Positions 27,471 to 36,230 of a DNA stretch of 64,000 nt are shown here, in pieces. Under the pieces are notes generated by a model. The model made no database searches. It saw nothing but the letters and a program-made list of their open reading frames with translations, and was not told the DNA's origin. The translations under genes and the position numbers were made by a program. The first letter of the stretch is position 1. Every line of letters begins with the position of its first letter. Source of the DNA: Escherichia phage A221; sequence record ON862890.1; one strand, 5' to 3'.

Positions 27471-28319
27471 ATGAAACCTGAATTGCAAAAACTGTTTGAG
27501 GGCGTTAACGGCCTCAGCACCGACTTCCTGGATAAAGTGTCTGGTCTGCTGGAATCTAAAGTAGAAGCCGCTCGCCTGACCGCTATTCAAGAAACCGAAA
27601 ATGCTGCCAATATTGAGCGCCTGCGTCTGGTTGAAGCTCATCAGGCTGAGATTGCTCAGCTGAAAGAGTCTCACTTGATGGAAATCGCGACCAAAGTCGA
27701 TGGCTTCCTGAATGCTGTTGTAGAAGAGTGGGCTAACAAGAACGCTCCTGCTATCGACGCTCAGATCAAACGTGAAGCGGCTGAAAATCTGCTGACTGGC
27801 CTGACTGGTGTTCTGAAAGAAGCTGGTATTAACTTTGCCACCGACGAAAACGGCCAGATCGCTGCGCTGACTGCCCGCCTGGCCGAAGCAGAACAACGTG
27901 CTGCGATTGCCGAAAGCGAAAACCGTCAAATCAAAGAAGCCGCGAATGCGACTCTGCGTGACTCTGTGATCGCCCGTGTCTGTGAAGGTATGGTCGACAC
28001 CAAGAAAGCAACGGTTGTCAATCTGCTGGAAGCTGTGCAGTTCACCACCGAAAGCGAATTCGCTTCCCGCGTACACACCTTCCGCAACCTGGTAGAAGGT
28101 AAGTCCGTGAAGAAAGAAGGTGATGACGATGACGATGACTTCCAGGACAAAGTCGGCGGTAAAGACGGCGATGACGACAACAAAGATGTTAAAGCCGAAG
28201 GCAAAAAGCCTAAGAAAGAAGACGATGAAGACGATGAAGATGAAACAGACAAAGAGCTGAAAGAATCTATCAAGCGTCAGTTGGCCGACTATAATCGTCG
28301 CTTCGGCATCAACGGCTAA
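27471..28319 (+). CDS. gp22: prohead scaffold protein (T4 gp22-like)
   Basis: 282 aa, alanine/glutamate-rich coiled-coil composition with acidic Asp-rich C-terminal tract; immediately upstream of capsid gene; CTAAATA at 27437. Confidence 0.6.
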   Translation: MKPELQKLFEGVNGLSTDFLDKVSGLLESKVEAARLTAIQETENAANIERLRLVEAHQAEIAQLKESHLMEIATKVDGFLNAVVEEWANKNAPAIDAQIKREAAENLLTGLTGVLKEAGINFATDENGQIAALTARLAEAEQRAAIAESENRQIKEAANATLRDSVIARVCEGMVDTKKATVVNLLEAVQFTTESEFASRVHTFRNLVEGKSVKKEGDDDDDDFQDKVGGKDGDDDNKDVKAEGKKPKKEDDEDDEDETDKELKESIKRQLADYNRRFGING

Positions 28320-28410
28320 TTTTAGCAGCCACAGCCCTCGAAAGGGGGCTTGATTTTGAACTACTAAGTAATTTCAACTTAACTGAATATCAATGTAAGG
28401 AATGACCATC

Positions 28411-29733
28411 ATGGCTAAGAAACTTGTTACCGAACAAATGCGCGAGCAGTGGCTGCCAGTTCTTCAGAAAGAATCTGAAAGTATCCAGCCGCTTTCTGCC
28501 GAAAACGTTGCCGTCCGTCTGCTGCAAAACCAGGCTGAGTGGAACGCCAAAAACCTGGGCGAATCCGACGCTCCTGGCTCCGTGAACGCCTCTGTGGGCA
28601 AATGGCAGCCAGTCCTGATCGACATGGCCAAACGTCTGGCTCCGGTCAACATCGCGATGGACTTCTTCGGTGTTCAGCCGCTGTCTGGTCCTGACGGTCA
28701 GATCTTCGCACTGCGTGCTCGCCAGGGCGTTGCAGACGGCTCCAACACTGCCCAGTCCCGCGCTGAGCTGTTCATGAACGAAGCCAACTCCGGTTACTCC
28801 GGTGACGATACTGCACAGGCTGGCGACCCATCTGGCTTCTCCCAGACTGAGATCGAAGGTTCCGGCGCTGCTACCACCACCATCGGTAAAGGCATGTCAA
28901 CTTCCGACGCTGAACTGCTGGGCACCACCACCAACCCATGGGCACGTGTTGGTATCACCGTTCAGAAAGCAACCGTGACTGCGAAGTCTCGCGGCCTGTA
29001 CGCTGACTACAGCCACGAACTGCGCCAGGACATGATGGCGATCCACGGCGAAGACGTTGACAGCATCCTGTCCGACGTGATGGTAACTGAAATTCAGGCA
29101 GAGATGAACCGTGAGTTTATCCGCACCATGAACTTCAGCGCAGTACGCTTCAAAAAATTCGGCACCAACGGTATCGTAGACATCTCCACTGACATCTCCG
29201 GTCGTTGGGCGCTGGAAAAATGGAAGTACATGACTTTCATGCTGGAAGTTGAAGCGAACGGCATCGGTGTTGACACCCGTCGTGGTAAAGGCAACCGTGT
29301 TCTGTGCTCCCCGAACGTAGCATCCGCTCTGGCGATGTCCGGCATGCTGGATTATGCTCCGGCGCTGCAGGAAAACACCAAGCTGGCGATTGATCCGACT
29401 GGTCAGACCTTCGCTGGTGTGCTGTCGAACGGTATGCGTGTATACATTGACCCGTATGCAGTAGCAGAATACATCACCCTGGCATACAAAGGTGCAACCG
29501 CGCTGGATGCTGGTATCTTCTTCGCACCATACGTGCCGCTGGAAATGTACCGCACCCAGGGTGAAACCACCTTCGCACCACGCATGGCGTTTAAAACCCG
29601 CTACGGCATCTGTGCTAACCCATTCGTTCAGATCCCAGCGAACCAGGATCCACAGGTCTATGTGACTGCGGATGGTATCGCCAAGGACACCAACGTGTAT
29701 TTCCGTAAAGGGCTGATCAAAGGCCTGTTCTAA
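28411..29733 (+). CDS. gp23: major capsid protein (T4 gp23-like)
   Basis: MDFFGVQPLSGPDGQIFALRARQG matches the gp23 FDICGVQPMNSPTGQVFALRA region; ATG 28411 preferred (aagga RBS) over in-frame ATG 28402. Confidence 0.9.
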   Translation: MAKKLVTEQMREQWLPVLQKESESIQPLSAENVAVRLLQNQAEWNAKNLGESDAPGSVNASVGKWQPVLIDMAKRLAPVNIAMDFFGVQPLSGPDGQIFALRARQGVADGSNTAQSRAELFMNEANSGYSGDDTAQAGDPSGFSQTEIEGSGAATTTIGKGMSTSDAELLGTTTNPWARVGITVQKATVTAKSRGLYADYSHELRQDMMAIHGEDVDSILSDVMVTEIQAEMNREFIRTMNFSAVRFKKFGTNGIVDISTDISGRWALEKWKYMTFMLEVEANGIGVDTRRGKGNRVLCSPNVASALAMSGMLDYAPALQENTKLAIDPTGQTFAGVLSNGMRVYIDPYAVAEYITLAYKGATALDAGIFFAPYVPLEMYRTQGETTFAPRMAFKTRYGICANPFVQIPANQDPQVYVTADGIAKDTNVYFRKGLIKGLF

Positions 29734-29761
29734 TCGAACAGTTGTCCTTAACCCTGACAAA

Positions 29762-29789
29762 CCCCGCCAACGTGCGGGGTTTTCTTTTG
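29762..29789 (+). terminator. intrinsic terminator after capsid gene
   Basis: CCCCGC-caacgt-GCGGGG followed by ttttcttttg. Confidence 0.65.
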
Positions 29790-29802
29790 AAACAAACCAG
29801 CA

Positions 29803-29808
29803 TATAAT
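29803..29808 (+). promoter_or_regulatory. TATAAT -10-like box upstream of Hef-like endonuclease gene
   Basis: catataattctaaa downstream of capsid terminator, 30 nt before ATG 29838; similar tataattctaaa follows the TTCAATAA box at 21627. Confidence 0.35.
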
Positions 29809-29837
29809 TCTAAAATAATAATAGGTAGGATTAGATC

Positions 29838-31826
29838 ATGATTCATATATGCCGGACATGCAAAACCTCATTCGTCAATGCCCAGTCAAAGGCCGTCTAC
29901 TGTAGTGTTGATTGCAGAACCTTTTACCAAACAGTTGGTATCAAATTCTCCCCAGAGTTAATGTCGGACGCCAAATTTATTCAAACTGAAGATGACTACA
30001 AAGACTTCATCCGTGAATATTTCTATATGAAGAATGGCAACCTGAATTACCAACTACTATCTTCACCCCTGTTGTCATCTTACCTTGGCGTAGACCCCCT
30101 CAAATATGCCAACCAGCACAACTCTGAAGAATCCGTGAACACCCGTGTATTGGTCTGGTTACACGACGTCAAACCAACACCTTGTATCACCTGCGGTGCT
30201 AGAACTTCTGTCGAGATTAAGAAGTCTATCCCATCCTACCGGAAATATTGTTCGGAGGAATGCTATGCCCAATCAATGAAGTTGGGTGGTGAAGCCCGTA
30301 AAGTCTTGGACAAGACAATACTGGACAAATATGGCGTGGAAAACGTGTTCCAGGATGAATCCATAAAAGGGAAGGCACGGTTGACCATGCTGCAGCGTTT
30401 CGGCGTAGAACACATTATGCAGTCTGAAGAGGGGCGGCAGCTATTCAGAGATTCCGTTATGGAAAAATATGGGGTTGAGCACCCGATGCAGTTGGAAGAG
30501 ATCAAACGGCGCGCATGGGATACCCTCGGTGCTCGGTCTTGGTATGCTACTTCAGAAGGTAAAGCTGCGCGGGAGAAGGCATTTGGTGGATACCAAGGCG
30601 GTCATCCGATGCGTGACAGGGGTGTTATAGAGAAGATAATCTCAAACAATCTCAAGCGGTATGGTGTTGAATGGCCTGCTCAAGACCCTGTTATCAAAGC
30701 TAAAGTTGTAGACACCATGTTGGAAAAATATGGTGTGTCCCACCCATTACAAATACCAGAAGTGAAAGCCAGAGTCAAACAAAGTCACCAAACAAAGTAC
30801 GGTAGATTCTATTTCAATAGACATGAGGTTATGTTATTGGCTTCGGAACGTTCTAAAGAGACATGTGTTAGAAAATATGGTGTACCATATGCGTTGCAGA
30901 ACAAATCCATGTGGGAACACATTACGTCATCCCTTAATTCGAAATCAAAACCAGAAATAGAAATATCTGATTGGCTCACTTCAATGGGGGTTGCCCACAA
31001 ATGCTCCGACTTCACCCTCCTAAACAATATGAATTGCCAGGACGGTGGAACTCGACGCCAGATAGACATCTATTGCCCAGAACACAAACTGGCAATAGAA
31101 TTTAATGGCCTGTATTGGCACAGTGAGATACACAAATATCGCCGTTATCATCTCGAAAAGACAGAGGCATGTGAAGCACAAGGCGTTCAGCTGATACACA
31201 TCTGGGAAGATGAGTGGCATAACAACCCAGAGATCGTGAAAGGGTTGCTGGCTGCCAAACTCGGGATCAAGAAGCCATCCGGGTACGCCCGTCAGTGTTA
31301 TGTAGAGGAAGGTAAGAAGTCGGATATTCTAGAACTCCTGGCCTCTCAACACATACAGGGCACCATTCATTCGGCCACGCATTACCTTCTCCTCAGAGAT
31401 AAGAGAGACAACCGGGTTCGGGCTGTCATGACCTTTATCAAACGTGTGGTGAAGGGGGAACAGTGTATGGAACTTACGAGGTTTGCCTCCGACGGCATTC
31501 ACGGGGCGTTCTCTAAACTGCTGGCGTACTACAAGGAACATCTCTGGGATGGCGTGAAGACTTTCTCCTTTGGCGATAGGTGTGTTGTTAGTCGGTTGTC
31601 CAACATTTATCTTTCTCACGGGTTCGTCGAGGAAGAAATACAAGACCCGGATTACAAATATCACAAACCAGGGACTCTCATGCGGGAGCACAAGTTTGGA
31701 TTCAGAAAGGCAGACTTTGCTCGCATGGGCTATGGCGTAGAAGGTAAGACAGAAGATCAGTTAGCAACCGAAGCCGGGCTGGTCAGGATTTGGAATTGTG
31801 GACTGATCAAATATGTCTTGAACTAA
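29838..31826 (+). CDS. putative homing endonuclease, Hef-like (paralog of 22063-23847)
   Basis: 662 aa; N-terminal CxxC zinc ribbons; seven KYGVxHPMQ-type repeats; EFNGLYWHSE...IHIWEDEW nuclease motif; C-terminal about 200 aa clearly homologous to the minus-strand copy; own TATAAT-like box at about 29803. Confidence 0.65.
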   Translation: MIHICRTCKTSFVNAQSKAVYCSVDCRTFYQTVGIKFSPELMSDAKFIQTEDDYKDFIREYFYMKNGNLNYQLLSSPLLSSYLGVDPLKYANQHNSEESVNTRVLVWLHDVKPTPCITCGARTSVEIKKSIPSYRKYCSEECYAQSMKLGGEARKVLDKTILDKYGVENVFQDESIKGKARLTMLQRFGVEHIMQSEEGRQLFRDSVMEKYGVEHPMQLEEIKRRAWDTLGARSWYATSEGKAAREKAFGGYQGGHPMRDRGVIEKIISNNLKRYGVEWPAQDPVIKAKVVDTMLEKYGVSHPLQIPEVKARVKQSHQTKYGRFYFNRHEVMLLASERSKETCVRKYGVPYALQNKSMWEHITSSLNSKSKPEIEISDWLTSMGVAHKCSDFTLLNNMNCQDGGTRRQIDIYCPEHKLAIEFNGLYWHSEIHKYRRYHLEKTEACEAQGVQLIHIWEDEWHNNPEIVKGLLAAKLGIKKPSGYARQCYVEEGKKSDILELLASQHIQGTIHSATHYLLLRDKRDNRVRAVMTFIKRVVKGEQCMELTRFASDGIHGAFSKLLAYYKEHLWDGVKTFSFGDRCVVSRLSNIYLSHGFVEEEIQDPDYKYHKPGTLMREHKFGFRKADFARMGYGVEGKTEDQLATEAGLVRIWNCGLIKYVLN

Positions 31827-31830
31827 AAGA

Positions 31831-31870
31831 ACATTTCAATAACGGGGCGAGAGGTATTATTGCCCTCTCT
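31831..31870 (+). repeat. TTCAATAA-hairpin cassette, copy 1
   Basis: tttcaataacggggcgagaggtattattgccc, about 90% identical to copy at 32091-32130. Confidence 0.7.
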
Positions 31871-31889
31871 ATTAATCGAGGAAATCACA

Positions 31890-32090
31890 ATGAGCCTGAA
31901 AGAAGATTCTGTAAACACCACAGTCGCCAACTCCACTTTCCGTGAGTGGCACGACGTATTATGCAAAGTCGCGAAAAGCCAGGGCGGTTCAGCCGCCGAC
32001 GCCGACGCCTGGCGTGATGATTACGAAGCAGGCAAGACCCCTCGCCAGTCTTGGGAAGATGAATGGGGTTGGGAAGAACAAGAAGGATAA
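31890..32090 (+). CDS. hypothetical acidic small protein
   Basis: ATG at M11 of track ORF (codon 1 TTG); gagga RBS; preceded by TTCAATAA-hairpin cassette. Confidence 0.35.
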   Translation: MSLKEDSVNTTVANSTFREWHDVLCKVAKSQGGSAADADAWRDDYEAGKTPRQSWEDEWGWEEQEG

Positions 32091-32130
32091 CAGTTTCAAT
32101 AACGGGGCGAGAGGTATTATTGCCCCGTCT
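32091..32130 (+). repeat. TTCAATAA-hairpin cassette, copy 2
   Basis: tttcaataacggggcgagaggtattattgccccgt with perfect ACGGGGC/GCCCCGT stem. Confidence 0.7.
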
Positions 32131-32150
32131 ACTTATCCGAGGGTTGTACC

Positions 32151-32375
32151 ATGTACTTGAAAAAGATCGTGAAGAAGCCGAAAGCCGGTGTTGCCGAGGT
32201 GTGCCTCATCGAGGTTTACGTTGATTCTTGTAACAATGAGCAGTGTTACTTCATGGTCGAGACGATGGTGTATGTTCCAGCCTCTCACCTGAACCGTGAT
32301 TTCGTCACAACCGAAAATGTCGTCCGCTGGGAGATTGCAACGCAGTCCGATATCGACGAACACAACATTCTTTGA
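32151..32375 (+). CDS. hypothetical protein
   Basis: 74 aa; ATG start; preceded by second copy of the TTCAATAA-hairpin cassette. Confidence 0.35.
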   Translation: MYLKKIVKKPKAGVAEVCLIEVYVDSCNNEQCYFMVETMVYVPASHLNRDFVTTENVVRWEIATQSDIDEHNIL

Positions 32376-32392
32376 AAGGAAGGATCTATATC

Positions 32393-32836
32393 ATGTGTGA
32401 TAAGAATTTCATTTTCATTAGTCCCGCCAAGAAACAGTTCTTCCGTAGCTCCGTTGGGGACAAGGTGGAAGGTTTCCGTAAATTCAAAGATTATCGCCTG
32501 GCATGCGGTGATGTTGATTTTCAGAGCTTCGACAATGATCGCCAGGATTTGAACGATGAGGGTTGGACAGAAGTTCCATCCCCACAGTTTATCGATGTCA
32601 AGCTGTACTACATGAAGGACAGTGGGAAGTATTATTCAGAGGGTGTGATCAAAATCAACCGTGGGGAGGCCGAGGCCGAACCTGCTAAGTCCTGGATGGA
32701 GACTGTGGATAAAATCCGCTATCTGCTCGACTCAGGCAATTTGCCTGGTTTGGTTAAAGGTGCCCGGTACGAGGTCTTCGTGACCGGAGAAGGGCATCCA
32801 GGTGGTTATCCACAACTGTTCCGCATTAACAACTGA
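32393..32836 (+). CDS. hypothetical protein
   Basis: ATG at M8 of track ORF (codon 1 TTG); RBS gaaaggaagg; 147 aa. Confidence 0.4.
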   Translation: MCDKNFIFISPAKKQFFRSSVGDKVEGFRKFKDYRLACGDVDFQSFDNDRQDLNDEGWTEVPSPQFIDVKLYYMKDSGKYYSEGVIKINRGEAEAEPAKSWMETVDKIRYLLDSGNLPGLVKGARYEVFVTGEGHPGGYPQLFRINN

Positions 32837-32844
32837 GGTCAAAC

Positions 32845-33081
32845 ATGATTATCAAAAAGATCGGCGCAAGTCCTCTCACTGGTACTATATTCCAGGGCAG
32901 GTTGAACACCAAAACCAGCATGTGGGTTGGTGAGAAGACCGACGTGACAGATGACTGTGTGGCAGCTGTAGCCGAACACTTGCGTCACATCAAGAAAGAC
33001 TATTGCTTCCCAACGACGGATGGTAAGTTTCTGGTGCTGAGCGCCGAGGTTCACGACACCCTTCCTGATCGCTTCAAATAA
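32845..33081 (+). CDS. hypothetical protein
   Basis: 78 aa; ATG with gagg RBS; tightly packed after previous gene. Confidence 0.4.
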   Translation: MIIKKIGASPLTGTIFQGRLNTKTSMWVGEKTDVTDDCVAAVAEHLRHIKKDYCFPTTDGKFLVLSAEVHDTLPDRFK

Positions 33082-33093
33082 ATTTTAAATTTA

Positions 33094-33180
33094 TTCAATA
33101 AACGGGGTTTAATTCTTCAATAAACCCCGTATACTTCATTCCATAAGCAGCACAACACTGACTTGAAATGAAGGAACTAT
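33094..33180 (+). repeat. dispersed repeat related to 21612-21677, with ACGGGGTTTA/TAAACCCCGT hairpin
   Basis: cttcaataa...cataagcag...acttgaaatgaaggaactat shares about 80% identity over about 66 bp with the leader of gene 21681. Confidence 0.55.
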
Positions 33181-33282
33181 CACCACTCTCGTTACAAAGT
33201 AACATTGCAGCAATTTGTTCTAAACCTTTGAACAGGGTATGTTAACCACATACCCTATCCCCTACAAATAGAGGACTTTATC

Positions 33283-33603
33283 ATGGCTAACAGCATCCCG
33301 ATTTTAGAAGCGGTCGTAAAAGAGAACCCTCGTGCGCGCAAACCACGTCGCCGCCTGACCACCAAGCTGGATCTTCTGAAACAGAAGTTCGGCGACCACA
33401 GTGTGTTCACTCGCATTCGAAATGCAATAAAGGAAGGGCGAACTGAGCTGGAGCTATATCGACCGAACGGTTCGACACGCGCGTATCAGACCACTGACGG
33501 CTTACTGGAACTGATCCGCCTGAGCGGGATGACGATCGAACCTCGTTCGTCAGGTACTCCTCTGTGCTCCCTGTACGTAATCGGCAATCTTGGGGCGCTG
33601 TGA
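33283..33603 (+). CDS. hypothetical basic protein
   Basis: 106 aa; ATG with agagga RBS; Arg/Lys-rich N-terminus. Confidence 0.4.
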   Translation: MANSIPILEAVVKENPRARKPRRRLTTKLDLLKQKFGDHSVFTRIRNAIKEGRTELELYRPNGSTRAYQTTDGLLELIRLSGMTIEPRSSGTPLCSLYVIGNLGAL

Positions 33604-33607
33604 TTCT

Positions 33608-34030
33608 ATGAAGAAGTATATCGTTCTCATTACGGGTTCCCGCTCAATCACCGAGCGGGATAAGGTATTCGCCAAGCTGGACGAACTCTTGGATCCTCGT
33701 GAGGTCTATACACTGATTGAGGGTGAAGCCTCTGGTGTAGACAAGATTTGCCGTGATTGGGCTGAAATCAATTATGTTCATATCACTCCTATGCCAATAC
33801 CTCCGAGCTATTATGAAAAGTATGGGAAAGGGATGGGCAACAAACGCAATCAGGACATGTTAGACAAGGCATTGGATCTCGTCAGACAGACCAAGCTGGA
33901 AGTGTATCCGATTGCGATGTGGGATGGTTCGTCCACTGGCACCCTGGACATGATCAACCGTTGCAAGAAAGCTGGCCTCCCTGTGGATATCACTCTAATG
34001 GGTAAGCCGAAGACCAAGCGCCTTTTGTAA
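33608..34030 (+). CDS. SLOG-superfamily protein (DUF2493-like), putative nucleotide-binding
   Basis: IVLITGSRSI...EGEASGVDKICRDWA...GKGMGNKRNQDML matches the remembered DUF2493 pattern ITGSR / GxASGxD / G..RN..M. Confidence 0.5.
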   Translation: MKKYIVLITGSRSITERDKVFAKLDELLDPREVYTLIEGEASGVDKICRDWAEINYVHITPMPIPPSYYEKYGKGMGNKRNQDMLDKALDLVRQTKLEVYPIAMWDGSSTGTLDMINRCKKAGLPVDITLMGKPKTKRLL

Positions 34031-34070
34031 CATACCATAAATAATTGAATACACACAGCGGAGATACATC

Positions 34071-34241
34071 ATGTTTGTCGTCATCAATCTGTTCTGTTAT
34101 ATCTTCACGGCGTACTTCTTGGGCGCGGTAGGGATCGAGACCTACAATGACCTGAAGGATGGGGAATACGCCAACCGAATGGTTTATGTCAAGAAGTTTG
34201 TTCGTAAGTTCTGGTCCAACTTCGTTTACAAACTACCATGA
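34071..34241 (+). CDS. small hydrophobic protein (56 aa)
   Basis: Not in track (under 60 aa); ATG with ggaga RBS; translation MFVVINLFCYIFTAYFLGAVGI... indicates one TM helix. Confidence 0.3.
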   Translation: MFVVINLFCYIFTAYFLGAVGIETYNDLKDGEYANRMVYVKKFVRKFWSNFVYKLP

Positions 34242-34244
34242 TCC

Positions 34245-34251
34245 CTAAATA
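34245..34251 (+). promoter_or_regulatory. late-promoter-like motif CTAAATAccccc
   Basis: 29 nt upstream of ATG 34280; 5' arm of AAATACCCCC/GGGGGTATTT inverted repeat. Confidence 0.5.
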
Positions 34252-34279
34252 CCCCCATCATCCATGGGGGTATTTTCTT

Positions 34280-35008
34280 ATGAACGCACAGATCTATGAC
34301 GCCCTATCACAGGGCAACGCCTTTACCAATCCTCTCCCGTCCCTCAGCAGCGCCTCACAGGGGTTAATCACCAGTGGTAAGGCGACTACAGCGTCACTGG
34401 CTAACACCGGAAATGCGCAGATTCAGGAAGCGCTGACGGCAGGTGGGTTGACTACAGCCAAACTCAACGAATCTACAGCAATGTTCAACTCAGCCAACAA
34501 CAGCATCACTACTTTGAACAACTATGGCGACCAGTCAGTGAAAGAGGCATATTCCCGCATCGGTACATCTGTGTCGTATAAGTCCGCCCTGAAGTCTATA
34601 GGTCGAGAACCGAACAACTGTGATCTGATCAATAATGCATTTGGGGTTATTCAGAACCTCGGCAAACAGTGGATCAACACCATGCAAAGTGTTCTCACAA
34701 CTATCACAAACAAGATGAATGAGCTGGCTGAGTTGGTAGCTCAGGGCGTCGGTGCTGGTCTTGATGCTATTCAGGCACTGGCTGCTGAAGTTACTCAAGC
34801 CATCGACACCGCTGTCGCATCAGTAGCCTCTATTGCTCAGGACATCACGAACGGTATTGCAGCAGAGTTAGCCCATATCCAAGACATGGTTGGTAAGTGT
34901 CTTAACTTCTCTTTTGCCAACGTGATCTCAGAGTGGGCGAAAGATATCTGCGCCGGAGGTGTCATCAACAGCATTGGTTCCGATAATCTGAAGAACGCAC
35001 TGAAGTAA
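34280..35008 (+). CDS. hypothetical protein (Ser/Thr/Ala-rich, possible minor virion protein)
   Basis: ATG at M15 of track ORF 34238, downstream of CTAAATA motif at 34245 and in gggggtattttcttATG context. Confidence 0.45.
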   Translation: MNAQIYDALSQGNAFTNPLPSLSSASQGLITSGKATTASLANTGNAQIQEALTAGGLTTAKLNESTAMFNSANNSITTLNNYGDQSVKEAYSRIGTSVSYKSALKSIGREPNNCDLINNAFGVIQNLGKQWINTMQSVLTTITNKMNELAELVAQGVGAGLDAIQALAAEVTQAIDTAVASVASIAQDITNGIAAELAHIQDMVGKCLNFSFANVISEWAKDICAGGVINSIGSDNLKNALK

Positions 35009-35416
35009 TCAGTGCTCCCGCGCCGGAAGAACTCCCACTGGTTCGATGCCATCCAACAGCAGGGAGTTCACACCCACATTACTCAGTCTGATCAAGATCG
35101 TTCCCCCTGGGTTAACTTCAAAGATACTCATCCCATTTCCAACCGCGTCGTTGTTAACGAACACGCCCTGAGTTGCGATTCGTACTGGTTTATCTGTGTC
35201 ATTCATGATCTTGAACGTCACGATTATATCCGATGTTGTACCCAGTCGTCCAACCATGCGTTGCTTCAGCTTGGCGTAGAATGATGGATTAAAGGTGATA
35301 ATGATGCTGTTGTTCTGAGAGTAATAAATACTTGCTGAAATGTATGGTATCTTCCCTTCATCGCCATGCCGCAGGAGAGGAATTGTGGTCTTCCAGTATG
35401 GCTTGAGGGTGCTCAT
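35009..35416 (-). CDS. hypothetical protein
   Basis: Minus-strand ORF; the C-terminal 135 codons look protein-like; start uncertain (ATG 35416, 35488 or further); stop codon abuts stop of plus gene 34280-35008. Confidence 0.3.
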   Translation of the reverse strand: MSTLKPYWKTTIPLLRHGDEGKIPYISASIYYSQNNSIIITFNPSFYAKLKQRMVGRLGTTSDIIVTFKIMNDTDKPVRIATQGVFVNNDAVGNGMSIFEVNPGGTILIRLSNVGVNSLLLDGIEPVGVLPAREH

Positions 35417-35687
35417 GTTCTCATCAAAGCAACCTAAAGGTACGAGTTTCTGGAAGGGCTGGAACTCTTGCACGATGATGTCCAGCATACCCTTGTCACA
35501 AGTAGGAACGCTGGCCGACAACGTCACAGGTACAGTGCGCACTTCTGGGTTCCAGAATTCGGAAACAGAAATTATTGGCGTGACAAAGATGCGACAGCTC
35601 GTAAACAAGAGCATCGAGCATGCCAACAACAATCTACTGATCCCGCGCATCAGGGTCACAACATATCTCCACAGCAAAGGTGCTATT

Positions 35688-36200
35688 ATGTCCAACGTAC
35701 AATTCAAGAACGAAAACCCTAATTTCGCGGCGTCCGATAAGTGGCGTCTGACTATCGGAGACCTTATACTCCTAACCCGTAACATACACGACTTCAGTAT
35801 ACCAGGAGTGTACTCCGAAGGCATCGATGGTCCGTCTCCTGGTGACGTGTTGGTTTCTATACCTTCAGAGCGTTTAACCTATGACCCCGTAGTATTTACT
35901 TTCGTTATAGACGAGGACTGGAAATCATGGTTACAGATCCACCAATGGATTACCAGCAACGTCGGCAAGGATTTGCCTGTCAGCAAGGACATTACCATTG
36001 AATTGCTGGATAACCTCAACCGACCGATTGGCCTCACTCTCGTGCTGGAGGAAGCCCGCCCGACTGCTTTGGACAACGTACTGGTGGACGTAGACGCGGC
36101 TGTACCTCAGCTGGTGACGACAGTGACCTTCAAGTTCCAACAGCTGGTTCCACTATCTGGTGGGAAGGCGATTGATTCTAATCCGCAAAATGCGGTATAA
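35688..36200 (+). CDS. hypothetical protein
   Basis: ATG at M117 of track ORF 35340 with aaaggtg RBS; upstream part of track ORF overlaps divergent minus gene. Confidence 0.4.
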   Translation: MSNVQFKNENPNFAASDKWRLTIGDLILLTRNIHDFSIPGVYSEGIDGPSPGDVLVSIPSERLTYDPVVFTFVIDEDWKSWLQIHQWITSNVGKDLPVSKDITIELLDNLNRPIGLTLVLEEARPTALDNVLVDVDAAVPQLVTTVTFKFQQLVPLSGGKAIDSNPQNAV

Positions 36201-36230
36201 TTCTATGACATTGACAAGCTGGGATATTTT

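Noticed and set aside
28080-28260. GAT/GAC/GAA codon repeats as a repeat element
   Set aside because: They encode the acidic tail of the scaffold protein; low-complexity coding sequence, not a separate element
25960-29760. Several long minus-strand ORFs (25960-26691, 26246-26782, 27372-28076, 28897-29760)
   Set aside because: All lie antisense to the portal, protease, scaffold and capsid genes, which have clear homology; treated as shadow ORFs
35340-35687. N-terminal 116 codons of track ORF 35340-36200
   Set aside because: Overlaps the divergent minus-strand gene and lacks an RBS; the internal ATG at 35688 has a good RBS
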